This document shows positions 25,197-37,510 of a stretch of 64,000 bases of DNA, piece after piece. The notes under the pieces are model-generated. The model saw nothing but the letters and a program-made list of their open reading frames with translations, was not told the origin of the DNA and did no database searches. The position numbers and the translations under genes were made by a program. This stretch comes from Podarcis liolepis. Taxonomy: Eukaryota. How positions within the stretch are numbered: position 1 is the stretch's first letter; each line of letters begins with the position of its first letter. The DNA is taken from the NCBI GenBank assembly GCA_965112155.1, contig OZ218106.1. One strand, given 5' to 3'.

Positions 25197-25366
25197 GGTT
25201 TTGGTGTCTTCGGGTGTCTTCCCGTGTAAGAGTTGGGGTGTCTAGGCGACGTTTCGACGAGGTCTCACTCGTCATCTTCAGGTTGGTGCTTTCGGCTTCT
25301 TGTTACTGGAACAGAGCAGGATCTCAGTGTTTGAGTTCCTATAAATACTGTTGAGGGGGTGTGGTG
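25194..25366 (-). mobile_element. Penelope-like element terminal fragment inserted in (TA)n
   Basis: CpG-rich island flanked on both sides by TA repeats; contains the minus-strand hammerhead-type core CTGAAGA-T-GACGAG-tgagac-CTCGTC-GAAACGTC. Confidence 0.7.
25244..25286 (-). ncRNA. Minimal type I hammerhead ribozyme-like motif (weak stem I)
   Basis: CUGAAGA core, 6-bp stem II GACGAG/CUCGUC, GAAA, palindromic stem III ACGU, GUC cleavage triplet. Confidence 0.6.
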
Positions 25367-28300
25367 AATATATATATATTCTCTCATATCATTCTCTCAT
25401 ATCATTTTCCCTTCATTTTTCACCACACATAAGTCCCAGAACTACGATATGGCATCTGTGGCATGTAGGAGTCAAGTCAAAAGGAATGATGGTAAATAGA
25501 GTTCTTACCCTTTAACTGCCATGACTCATTCAAGACAGCCATGATTTTAAGAGGTCCATCCCAAGGAAGTTCCATCAACCAGCCAGATTTTAATTAAACA
25601 ACATCTTTCCCCACTATGTGTTAGTACTGTGTATTGGGAATGAGGGTTTATTTGAGAGCAGAATCTCATATTCTCAAGTTGGATGGGCCATTTACAATGA
25701 GTTTTGAGATTGATCAGGGACACACAGACCCTAAGATTCCAAGTAGCTCTTCTGTCGCATCTTTTTAAGGCACAACCAAGCTGACTGGTACAACACCCAA
25801 GTTTGAGACAGGAAGGGGTGGAAAATAGAGGTGGTGGATTCTTTTGTTTTGATAGACAAGTACAGTATATCTCTGCTGTTTCTGGGATGGCTCATCAATC
25901 TGGACAAGTCAATGCTCTGTACAGGGTGAGCACCTGCCTGAGCCTACTAAACCATCTGCTTATCAGTCCTGACATAGGCAAACTGGGCCTTACCAGGCAG
26001 ACATAGAATGGTGGCTTGGCAAATGAAATGCATTTTACCTTGCCTTTAACTGGAAGAGAAAAGCGAACAAAATGAAATGTCTGACTTCCAGCTGTAAAAA
26101 AGTGTAGAATACAGATAAACTTCCAAATGTATAAACACATTCTCTGAAAGTAGGAATGATTTTATGAGATGCAACCGTAAAACATTAGACCTTCAGGGAT
26201 GTGTTTATGATGTGTTTAGTGAGGACTGACCATAGATCCCCCATAAACAGCCTGTTAGATGTAAAGATGCATTGCATCGGTGTTTCATGCTGTTGTTAAG
26301 TACATAGTCATTCAAGCCTTAAGGATATCAAAAGGCTCTTTTGTTTCCTCTCTATCTCCCTGTAGCTTTATTCTCTTGAAATCCAGAGGCGATGTTGAAC
26401 TGCAGTGGACGTAGATGAAAATGCCTTCTTTTAACATAAGTAATTATCACCTAATGGTGATATGGAATGAAAATTATGATGGATATGATTAAATTATTGG
26501 AGCACTGCTAGATCTTGCTCAGGATCCTAAATTGCATTTCCATCGGCAATTCAGGCATTGGCTGTGGCGGTATGCCATAAAACCAGCACATTATGTCCTG
26601 AAAACAGCACCATAAAAGAGATTCACTACTACTCTTATTCTCACCAGTCACCAGAGTACAGTTGTGGCATTGTTCCAAGAGGGTGCAAAACTTTTCTGCT
26701 TTCTTCCTAGTTGATGGAGTCCTTACCCTCAAGTTCAACATATATGATACACATTTACATTTCTGTTTCTGCATTTTCTTTTTTTGAGGGGGGGGTGTCT
26801 GTGTGGGTGGGTGCGTCATGTCTCTTCCCAAAGCACAGATATCTGAAATTAAAATGCACTTAGAATTGCTGTCCTGCATCTTAGTGATTTATGCAAATAA
26901 ACATGTTGTATGAAAAAAATTCGTTAAACTGTTCCACAGTGATCAAGGTCAGAGGACATTTGCTGCGATTCCCCAAATGGTTTCAGATAGGAGAAGCTTG
27001 TCTAATGCCATTAAGGCTGGGGAACAAGAGACCAGCAACTGGGCAGCAATGGAGGGAGCTAGGCATTTTCTGTCAAAGTACCCAGTGGTTCTGCATCAAA
27101 GGACACAGTTGCTGAATGCTCTTCAGAAAAGAACAATAACTGATTTAAAGAGACTACGTCTTATCAGAAAAGCCACTGGATAATCATTATTTCTTCTAGC
27201 TCTCTGATTCAAATAATGTGGTAGTGTAATCACCGCCCAGTGGCTTCACCATCTAGTTCCCTTGCCTCTTGTGCAACCTTCACAATATAGAAAGACTACA
27301 GCAGAACATTAAACAAACAGCACGTGTGCTTCAGAAAGGCACGTTTGAAAAGGGAGCTTATCTCATCCAAGCAAGAGCATCTAGGCTGCATGCAAAGGGA
27401 ATATGTTTGGATTTTCTTACTAACAGATTAAATTTCCATAAGGACATGCACAAATAATGAGTATTTGCTCGAGGACACATCTGTGATTGATCTGGAGGGG
27501 GCGGGAACCCTTTAATCCCTTCTCTGGCATTGTCCATGACATCTGCTGATGAGATGTGAGGTGTCCCATCCCTCACTAAAATTAGGCATGAAAGATCCAT
27601 TTTGTAGTCATCAGAAGGCTTTCCCCCCAAGTCCAAGTGTGATGGGGATAACAGTTTGGGGTGGGAGTTGTGGCACTTTGTGTTGTGCCTTCAACCGTTT
27701 CTTGGGTTGGCAAAACATCTGGACCCAAAACCATCTATTGCTCCACAACATTTCCTGTGATAAAGTGGCATTGAATTATTGTCTTCAAGGGTCATAAAAA
27801 GTAACACCTGGGTTAATGAATTAATGCCATTATACAAGAACATTGCAACTCTTAAATTAAGCATTTTAATTCCAGGGTCTAATGAGTCCCACCTACCCTT
27901 AACCGTCACATTCCCTGAAAAAAACACACAATCCCCAACAGAAAAATTGATGTTGGCTGAAGTCTGATTACTTTCAAAACACTGCTAAATGTTGCCATTT
28001 GAGAGCAATAAGATAAGCTTCCAATTGAACTATAGGAGGCTTCCACCTCTCTGGGTGGCTCCTCAATCTTGCTGCTTCTGGCTTCTAGAGCTTCAAGCTT
28101 CAAGGAGAGTTATTCAGTCCATCAGCTGCTGAAGAGGAAGCAGATAGATGGATGTGGTCCTTCCACTTCCTTTTTGCAGCGAGCTGTGTACATGTAGCCT
28201 TAACTCCTGAATGCACACCCAGTTTTATTGGAGACAATGACTGAAATGCAAAGCTCTTTAAATGTAGGATTTTATTTTGTTTTGTTTTATTCTGTTCCGT

Positions 28301-28983
28301 TCTGCTCATTAGAGTATTTATATCTTGTCTTTTTAATGTAAATACATCACTCTGGATGACATATATAGCAATCACAATTCCGTAGAAAAGAGTATAAAGC
28401 AATTACAAAATATACCAGGTCAGCAGTTTAAAAAATCATTTTAACTGGAATAATGAGGTTTTCAGTAACTGATGAGAAACAGTGAGTGGGAACCAGCTGT
28501 GCTTTAAAGCACAAGGTGTTCTGCAGTCTGGGTGCAGTTACTAAGAAGGCCCTCCTTTTTTCCAGTTCAGCCATGCTTCCACCCTTGGTGAGACACAGAG
28601 ACTTCTGCTCCTAGGGGGTGGGAAGGATGGTATGAGGAGGTGATTCCTAACTTAGCTTGCACTCAAGCTTTTCTATGTATGCCATTGATCAAATATTCTG
28701 AAAGAGTAAGCCAATGAAGGTGTGAATCAAGAGAGAGGACTTTGGTGGTGAATCTCCACTGAAATGAATGGGGGAAATGTTTCCTGTCAGAGCTGGGAGA
28801 TGTTCCCTATGCACCCAAAGCGCTCTGCTGAACAACACACATGAAGTAACTTAAGCAGGATGGCCAAGGCATTAGCCAGCCACAACTGCCATCTTTCTTT
28901 TTCTTTTTCTTCTTATACTTAAATTGCTTTCTATTGGGAGCACAAATGTTATAGGATGAGCAATCCTGTTTCAAATGAAGACC

Positions 28984-29006
28984 TTGGCTAAGATCAAGTG
29001 TAGTAT
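28984..29006 (+). pseudogene. RNU2: U2 snRNA 5' fragment (about nt 17-39)
   Basis: ttggctaagatcaagtgtagtat matches the conserved U2 5' sequence as I recall it, including the branch-site recognition motif GTAGTA; the match ends abruptly. Confidence 0.8.
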
Positions 29007-29718
29007 ATATTTAATAAAGATCAAGAACAATGTTGAATCACTTTATTTATTTATTTAGGTTAAACTCAGATTAGGCAGATTAGTCTCCATGCTTCTGCTA
29101 CAGATGCATTCTGGAGCCAGTGAGAGACTTGAGGGTCTGGCCCAGAATAATTCTATTCAATTGGATTGAATTGAGCCTGTATTTAAAAAACAGAAAGTGG
29201 CTTCAAATCATTACTGGGCAAGTCTGCCAACATTAACTCTAAGAAAGTCTTTGATAAAGAGAGCTTACAAAAATAAATTTTCTTTTATCAAATTGCTTAT
29301 TAGATATAAAGGGTATTATAATTATAATGGAGTGAGTCGGCTAGTTGCCAAGAAGCAATTAAGGAAACACAGCATACACTACCAATGTGATTGAATTTAA
29401 TCAAAGTAGCGATAAAATAAATTGGTTAAAATGTTTCATCTTTGAGAAAGTCATGTTTCTGTTGTGAGCTGGGAACAAGCATTAAAAGAAGAAAGGACAG
29501 TTTTCAGGAAGGCCATTGTTGGTACCTGCTCCTTTGTTGCAAGCGGAAAAGAAACTGGTGAAAAACTGCTATCGGAGAACAAAATATTTGGGTGAATGTT
29601 CTTTGTTTGTTTTTTTAAAAAAAGAATCAGTCCATGGAACTGAGCTCAAATGTCTGTCTTATGGTCTGCTATGTGCTACTGAAAATAATACTTGCAAGCT
29701 AAACAAGTCAAAATGGTC

Positions 29719-29902
29719 AATAGGAAGTTGCCTTATACTGAAACAGACCAATGGTTCATCTAGCTCAGCACTGTTTACAGTGTCCAAATTCTCCAGAAAT
29801 TCAGGCTGGGTTCTCTCCCAGTCCCACCTGGAGTTACTGGGTATTGAATCTGGGGCTTTCTGCATGCAAGTGGTTGCTCTACTGCTGAGCTAAGGCACTT
29901 CC
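29719..29902 (-). mobile_element. tRNA-derived squamate SINE (Squam3-like)
   Basis: Minus strand: tagctcagcagtagagcaac...tgcatgcagaaagccccagattcaatacccag (tRNA-like A/B boxes) ... gagctagatgaacc...cagtataaggcaacttccta tail. Confidence 0.75.
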
Positions 29903-31855
29903 TCCGAATGTTGAATTTGGGGATATTAATTTTCACTTTAAGCCCCATGCCTGTCGACGACCAAATTCCAGAGATTATTGATGCTTGGCCAAGGAATGGA
30001 GGGGTGTCAAACTCTCATTAATAGGGTTGCCATATTGTATGGTTTTCTGTAGAGAGGAGAACTGGAAAGAGTGGAGCCACATCCACTGCATCCTTCAAGG
30101 ATATTAAAATGATTTAAAACAATATTAAAACTAGATCCACAGATGTTCCCAAATATATATGGGGGAGGACTTCAGTAGGCTAAGAAGAGGACAGAAAAGA
30201 AAAACCACAGGAAAGTTATCTGATTTTGTTCCTGAGAAATTTTGACCTATAGAACTTAAGTGAACAGCAGGTTGATTATCCCTGGAATTTAATCATTTCT
30301 ACATGGCTTTTGTGGAATCAGGGTGAATCAGTGCAAAGGATGTGCATGCCTCTCCGTTGCTTCATTTCAGAATGTTTGAAGAGCATGAATAATATGGAGC
30401 CAGTTTTACTAGCACAAAATATTCGCTGCAGGTTGAATAAATCCAGGATTGTTACACTTTATTCATACCACTGACCTTCTGTTCAAAGATCAGCATGTTA
30501 AACCTGCTTTTCTTATCCGCTTGTGATATTTTTCATCACATGAAGCAAGAAGATTACTTTTGCTATTTAAGAATCTCCTCTTCCATTCTTATTTGTGAAA
30601 GTATGCGGGAATGACTATGGCTACATTAAAAAGCGGTAGGCCTGTGCAAATAGTGAAAAGCTGGGTTGGATCCTAAGCCCCTTACCGTTAGTTTCCATTG
30701 AAATCAATGGTGTTTAAGTTACAACTAACTTTCCCCATTGATGTAAATGATACCTAAACTCTGTTAGAACGAGAAGGTTGGATGCAGACTATCTGCCAAT
30801 CAGGATGCTGCAATATCACTGCCATATTGAAACAGCATCACGTTCTACTCTGCTGTGGTAATATAACTGCTGATACATCACTCCCGTCTTAAGAACCTTT
30901 ATACCAGCTCAGCAGACCCTTCTACTCTTCAAATAGAGCCAATAGTGCAATTTAAGATTACAGTAAATTCACTAACTAGCCTATTGTTCAGCACTATGGG
31001 GTGTATGATATATACCCAGACCTCTATGCAGGAGTTCCTATGTGTACTATAAGCAGGACACACTTCTCTATGCATGAACAAAGCATTTCCTCTCACAAAA
31101 GAAAACATCAAACAATAGCACATTTGAGAACGAGGATTGCACCTTCCCCAGCTTCTTCATATCAAACTAATAATGAAGCAGATAGTGCAAACATGTTTGA
31201 CGGGGTATATATACATGCTGGAAGATTATGGTGCATGCCATGAATTCAGCTGTGTACTCTTCCTCTGACAAAAAAGTCTTACTACATTCCCCGAACTCTG
31301 TCAGTCATAGGTGTGCTTGTAGATGATTTCAGGTTTGGTACTGACACTGATGTTCTGAAGACTGCCCCCTGAATTCTGTGCTCCTCACCTGATCTCCCAC
31401 CTTCCATTGTATTGCATTTACTTAAATCAGTCATGTTCAAAACATTTTGAAATAAAATGTTCCCCACAAAATATTGTAGTCAATAGCTGAAGCATACTTA
31501 CTTGCTGACCTTTGATTAGGATCAGTATTTTAATCTTGCACTTGAAAATTACCCTTCAAAAGACTCCAATTCAAATTGCCAACATGACATGTCTTTTCTA
31601 ATGTGATGTGACTGGAATGATAACACTTGCTTTGATGTGCAATGTAATCCAGTGTGACTGATCAGATGCAACCTGCCATAACACAGCATAGGGCAATGCA
31701 TCATATTGGAAAATTAAAATCAAGTTGTTTGTGAGAAGCCACAGTAAAGGACTCCTATCCGGATCTTTAAAAATATACAATATTTAATATGAAAATATTG
31801 CCACTGGTGGAAAGATATTGATGAGGATGACATTATGTCAACATTGCAAAAAATG

Positions 31856-31856
<1 letters not shown>

Positions 31857-31906
<50 letters not shown>
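31857..31906. repeat. (TTA)n microsatellite, probably the 3' tail of the adjacent L2
   Basis: Direct reading. Confidence 0.95.
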
Positions 31907-32790
31907 GCTTTATTCATACACATGACTCAAATTGATGTAAAAACACAACAAAAATACTAAAAACAATTTCAATCATCACACAACCAATAAAAACCTAAAC
32001 ACATACAAACACATCTATACAAATAAAAGACAGGTTGAATGGATCCTACAAAAAAGCCCACAAATACTTAAGAACTTTTCAAAATAAAGACCAAAAGAAG
32101 GAAAGGTTTTGCCTGGTGACTAAAACTAGACAAAGAAGTGCCAGATGGGCCTCCTTGGGGAAGAATATCTCACAAGTGGAGAGCCAGCAAGAAAAAGCTC
32201 ACTCTTGTGTTGTCACCCTTTGGAACTCCCATGGAAGAGGAGCATAAAGAAAGGCTTCATTACAGAATGAGCTTCAGTTTATCGTCTCTCATCCAGTCCC
32301 TTACTGAGACAAGGTATCAATCTAGCGAATGCATTGCCACACCTGCAGATGTGAAGAAGCAGAGCTGTGTGTCATCAACATAATGGTGACAAGGTGCTCC
32401 AAAACAACAGGTGAACCCATTCTGTAGTTTGATGTAGATATTAAACAAAGATGGGGGATAAGTTTCAACCCTACAGAATCCTAAACTGAAGGCTCCATGG
32501 GGCCAAGCAACACTCCACAAGCACCCCCCTCTGGAAACAACTATCCAAGTAGGAGCCACCTCACAGCAGTGCCACCCACCCGCAGCTCCTCCAGACACCT
32601 GCTCCAGAATTGTTGATGGTATCCAAAGCTACTGAGAGATCAAGGGGAATTAACAGGGACACACTCCCTACCCCCGCCCAACAGAGGTCATCATACATAG
32701 TGACCAAAGCAGTTTCCATGACAAATCAGAGCCTAGACCCTAATAGGAGTGCATTTATAAAATTCGTTTTGCCATTAGATCTCTGCTAGT
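31907..32790 (-). mobile_element. L2-clade LINE fragment (RT core and 3' end, internally deleted)
   Basis: ORF 32317-32598 contains PSLFNIYIK...HHYVDDTQL (L2 LFNIYM / YADDTQL motifs); (TAA)n tail. Confidence 0.8.
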
Positions 32791-32798
32791 CATCCCTA

Positions 32799-33144
32799 GG
32801 TAAAGGTAAAGGGACCCCTGACCATTAGGTCCAGTTGTGACCAACTCTGGGGTTGCGGCGCTCATCTCGCTTTATTGGCCAAGGGAGCCAGCGTACAGCT
32901 TCCGGGTCATGTGGCCAGTATGACTAAGCTGCTTCTGGTGAACCAGAGCAGCGCACGGAAACGCCGTTTACCTTCCCACTGGAGCGGTACCTCTTTATCT
33001 ACTTGCACTTTGATGTGTTTTCGAACTGCTAGGTTGGCAGGAGCAGGGAGCGAGCAACGGGAGCTCACCCTGCCACGGGGATGCGAACCGCAACCCTCTG
33101 ATCGGCAAGTCCTAGGCTCTGTGGTTTAACCCACAGCACCACCC
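32799..33144 (-). mobile_element. Sauria SINE, full length
   Basis: (ACCTTT)n tail reads ggtaaaggtaaaggg on the plus strand; typical body; 10-bp TSD gtcatcccta at 32789-32798 and 33145-33154. Confidence 0.95.
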
Positions 33145-34974
33145 GTCATCCCTAACCCACTGCAATTACCTCCACTCTCCCAGCTGATCCCATCCCAGGC
33201 ATATCTTTCCCTCTCTCCCAAAAATTCAAATGTAAAACAACATCGTGGCAGATTTATAATTATGTAAGGACCATCCCTATAAGAGAATGAAACAAAACAA
33301 AGAAACACAACCAATACCTTTGTCTCCAGATGTTAATGGTGTAGCCTTGACCCTTCCCTTTCCCCTGAAGCAGACCCACAAAAGGGGACATACTCTTGGG
33401 TGTCATCCCCTTTGGGATTGCTGTGACCAGTGGGGCTGCCACCAGCATTAGCCCAGGCACTGATATAGCCCCAACTCCCCTTGGAAGTTGAGTCCAGTTA
33501 GGATCTCAGTCAATCAACAGGGGGTGGCAGCAACAAACTGCCACTGGGAAGCAACTCCAATGTACATTTTTATCTATTTTCTCATTAACTGATTTGTTCT
33601 CTCCATTATAAATAATTTTTGCTATCCTACAAGAGACCTAGTAGAAAAGACTGCTAGTTAGATATGAAAGTGAAGTCCTCCTTAACTATAACCTTAACAT
33701 TCTGTCCTCCTCCTCCTCCTCCATTTCTTTACTTTCCACAATGATATGTCGTTTTCTAATGTGATGTGACTGGACTGATGGCATTCATTCTGATGATGTG
33801 TAATGTAATCCAGTGTGACTGATCAAAAGCAACCCGCCACCTCACAGCACAGGGTAATGTATCACATGTGGAATTTCAGCAGAAGCTGTATTAAGTATGT
33901 CACAGAAAAGGAAACCTGTCTATATCCTAGCTTCTTTAGCTGATCAAACCATCGTAATTCTATTCTCCCTTGCTCTTCCTTTGCTAGAAACAGGGATTGG
34001 CAATATAAACCCTAGTTAACCAATTACCTCCCTTTTTTTCATACACAGACAGGTGTACAATATGGTACAGAATAATGGAGAGAGAATGGTATGGAACTGT
34101 TCCACTACAATGTTCTCCTCTTTATCCTTCATCAATCTAGTCAGTGTTTTCAGCCAGAATATCATATGGTCAGGATTGTACTGCCTTCTGGCTACTCCTC
34201 AAATGGCTCCAATCAGCCATTGCCAAGGGGAATTAACAGGGAAGTGTTTTTAGGAAAGTAACTGTACAAAATACTGGGACACACAGGTTTTCGCTGTATG
34301 GTACTGTCACTGTTGGCATCTTTCTGGTCACTTCACAACCTAGTTAAGCAGGAGTACTTGGATGAATGTATTAGCAATGCTGACTCCATTGTGTTCCAAG
34401 ACTGCCACAACTGCCACAACTCTAGGTTGTTCTGGACACTCTAGAAAAGGGATCACTAATGTGGTGCCCTTAAGACGTTGTTGGATCACCATTCCCAACA
34501 TTTCTGGTCATTTGCCATCCTGATCCTAGTAATAGTTCTACAGATTTGGAGGGCAGCACATTGACTAATTTTGGTCTCACCTGAAGCACCCAATGACATG
34601 ATATCCATGAGAATATGGTATTTTCGTTCAGTAACAGCTCTGCTCATTAAAAAAATAATATTTTTTTAAAATTGTGTGGCCTTTTATAGAACTTTTAATA
34701 GACATTAATCACGGTGTAACTCAAAATAGCCCAACGTGAATTTTTCAAAAAGTCATTTTATTTTATAGAGATTTCAAGAAATTATTGTATCATCAAGAAC
34801 TATGAAAACATGGTCTGTACAATAAGTGACTGTGCATTAACAATCATATATCCATGTACAGAGAAGATTAATATAAAACAGAATAAAAAAGTTAAAAATT
34901 ATAGTTAAAAGTCCAGGTCATTCATTTTAGCCTTACACAAACAATATCAAAGGAATTGACAGGGAGCAGTGGGT

Positions 34975-35165
34975 AGGGATTTATACCCCTCCAATCAGTT
35001 CACACACCCCCAAAAAAGAATAATCCTCAAAACAAGCCTGTGAAGTAAGGTAGACTAAGAGTGAATGACAGGCCTGAGGTCACCCTGTAACTTTTTTGGC
35101 TGGGTAGAGATTTGAACCCTGATCTACCAGGACCTGGTCTAACATTCTAAGCACTACACCACAGT
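34975..35165 (-). mobile_element. MIR/CORE-type SINE (Squam2-like), decayed
   Basis: taatcctcaaaacaagcctgtgaagtaagg...aggtcaccc...gatttgaaccc...ctaacattctaagcactacaccac is the antisense of a tRNA head plus CORE domain. Confidence 0.7.
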
Positions 35166-36661
35166 GATTGTTGATAACACCTAATGTTAGATCTGGTCCA
35201 GGTGTCTGCTAGATTCAGCCAAAGATGTGCTGTTACCTAATCACTCTTTACAAAAACAACATTTCTTTTTACAAACAATTTCCCTTCCCTTTCCCTTTTT
35301 TTTTAGTAGAAAAAAAGACTCATCCTTCTTTCCCCTCAGAATCCTACTTATTTTAAACTTCTGCCATATGTTCCCCAGTCAGTGAAGACATATGGTTCTT
35401 ATTACAATGCCATATGCCTAGTAATGTTGTATTGTGTATTGCCACAGAAAGCAAACATTTTAAATTCATGTAGGAACTCAGTTTGAATTATGTTTTCTTC
35501 TTCATTCCTTGACATTTATAAATATTTTCAATGACATATGTGAGCAAACCCTTAAAAACAAAAAAATAACTTCCCAAACGCAAAAATGTTAGGATGTAAG
35601 ATCTCTCTCTTTTTAAAAATGTAATCTTTAAACAAAGATCATAGCATCATCCTAAGTACGGGACAACATACAAGAGGACAAGTATTGTTTTATGTAAAGC
35701 AATAGATCTTATTTAATGCATTGCATATCCTTTAGTGCAGCATCACATTCTCATTCAGATAAGCCAATCTGCATTGGATACAGGTTTTTGTACATCAACT
35801 AATTCCACTGCCAGTATGCCAAGTTACTGTGTCCAGCATCTGGGGCTGCAATGACAGCTTTGGTAGAATCGATCATATCTGGGAGAGTCAAGGGGACTCT
35901 GCATGGAACCATGGAAGACAAGGGTATGTAATATTTGCAAATTCCTACATGAAATGACCTAATCTCCACCTCTTTGAATAATGTACATATTGGAACACCA
36001 GGTTTCACACTTCTTATAATGTTGTGATGAAATTCTCTGTAAATGTATCAATATATATGTATTTTGAGAGAAAAGGGATATTTAAATATATACTCAAATA
36101 CATGTTTTGAGGGGATTTTTAAAATAAAAATATTGTATTGATGCAGAAGCAGAACAGAATGAAATCATGGATGAAAAGACTTGGAAATGTCACAGACTGG
36201 AAATAGATAGATTCATCCATCCCTGTCTGCAAAGGATGTTTACACTTTAATTGGGATACAAAGAATATCTATTACTTTTGATGCCAAAGGGAACAATCAC
36301 ATATTTACAAGTGTGTTAATTGGAGAAATGCACCAAGTATAGCAATAGGTATAAAAATAGTTATCGTGGACTCATTGGTTGGAGGAATAAAACCACTGCT
36401 TATGTGCATTATAGATTTCTGTATATCACTCCATAAATATTTCACACTAATCATGATATAAGCAGATTGTTACAAATAACAAGGAGGTCTAGAATCATGA
36501 AAAATTATAATTTACTATGTAAAAAGTTGATAGTGGCAGTGTTTGACTATGGGCAATAAAGACTGCATGAAAGTGTAAAGAACGTGGCTTATTGTCCTTC
36601 TACAAACAGCTTTGCCACTTGTATTCATCTTTCTAACCCTGCAAAATCATTACCCTGCCTG

Positions 36662-36688
36662 ACACACACACACACACACACACACACA
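36662..36688. repeat. (CA)n microsatellite
   Basis: Direct reading. Confidence 0.95.
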
Positions 36689-37487
36689 TTACACCAGGCT
36701 GGGGATGGGTGGATTGAGTGAAGGCATCCCTCTGTCAGCTCAGTCAACATCCTGCCAGCCATAGAGTAAAATTGGCACCAGTGCAAATCACCTCTTCTAG
36801 CCACTGGCGGCCCACACTGGTAAAGCCTGGTGAAAACCCCCCAAATTGGGGCATTCTGAGGGTGGAGTAAAATGGAGACTGCACAGTATCCACTGGATCA
36901 CAAGCAACTTTCACAGCCAGTTCCAGACAATGTAGACCCTAGTCCAGGCCTGATTGGGGCACCAGACTGGAGCTGGTGCAGGGATTGGGCCCAGTCTGCC
37001 TGACCACTCAACTTTCATTGCTGCCATTAGTGGCCAGGCTGTGGATGTGGTGGTAGACCAGTCACCCTGCAGAGCCTCAGGGTGGATTGGATTGCTGTTC
37101 TCATGCAAGTATGTGTCAGGGTTTCATCCAGTCTCCATTTCCAAGTGAACTGACCTGATCTAAAGTTCTGAAACTAACATGTGGATCCAAAAGCAGTTAT
37201 CTCTTGGTTTCTCACTTCTCTGAAATTTGCAATTCAGTTCTCAGCGTTCACACACCAGAATGCATATGGAATGAATATTTTAGGATAAGATTTATTACCA
37301 AAATGCATCATTCATGACAAAATCCTCCAAATGAAATGCACATTTGCATGGTTTTTTGTTTTGTTAAATGAGTGTGATGTGGAAATTGAATGGGTTGGAA
37401 TTATGAATGAATACCTGTGGAAGTGACATGAAGCAGAAATAGATGGATCCATCCAAATTCCCATCTGACACTTGGGGAACTGAAGTC

Positions 37488-37510
37488 GAGAGAGAGAGAG
37501 AGAGAGAGAG
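37488..37510. repeat. (GA)n microsatellite
   Basis: Direct reading. Confidence 0.95.

Noticed and set aside
29840-29902. tRNA gene (also 42630-42700 and 62385-62458)
   Set aside because: Degenerate tRNA-like heads continuous with SINE bodies; no intact cloverleaf
31594-31664. Pre-miRNA interpretation of the duplicated blocks
   Set aside because: The two conserved blocks pair over only 6 bp (actgga/tccagt); there is no extended hairpin
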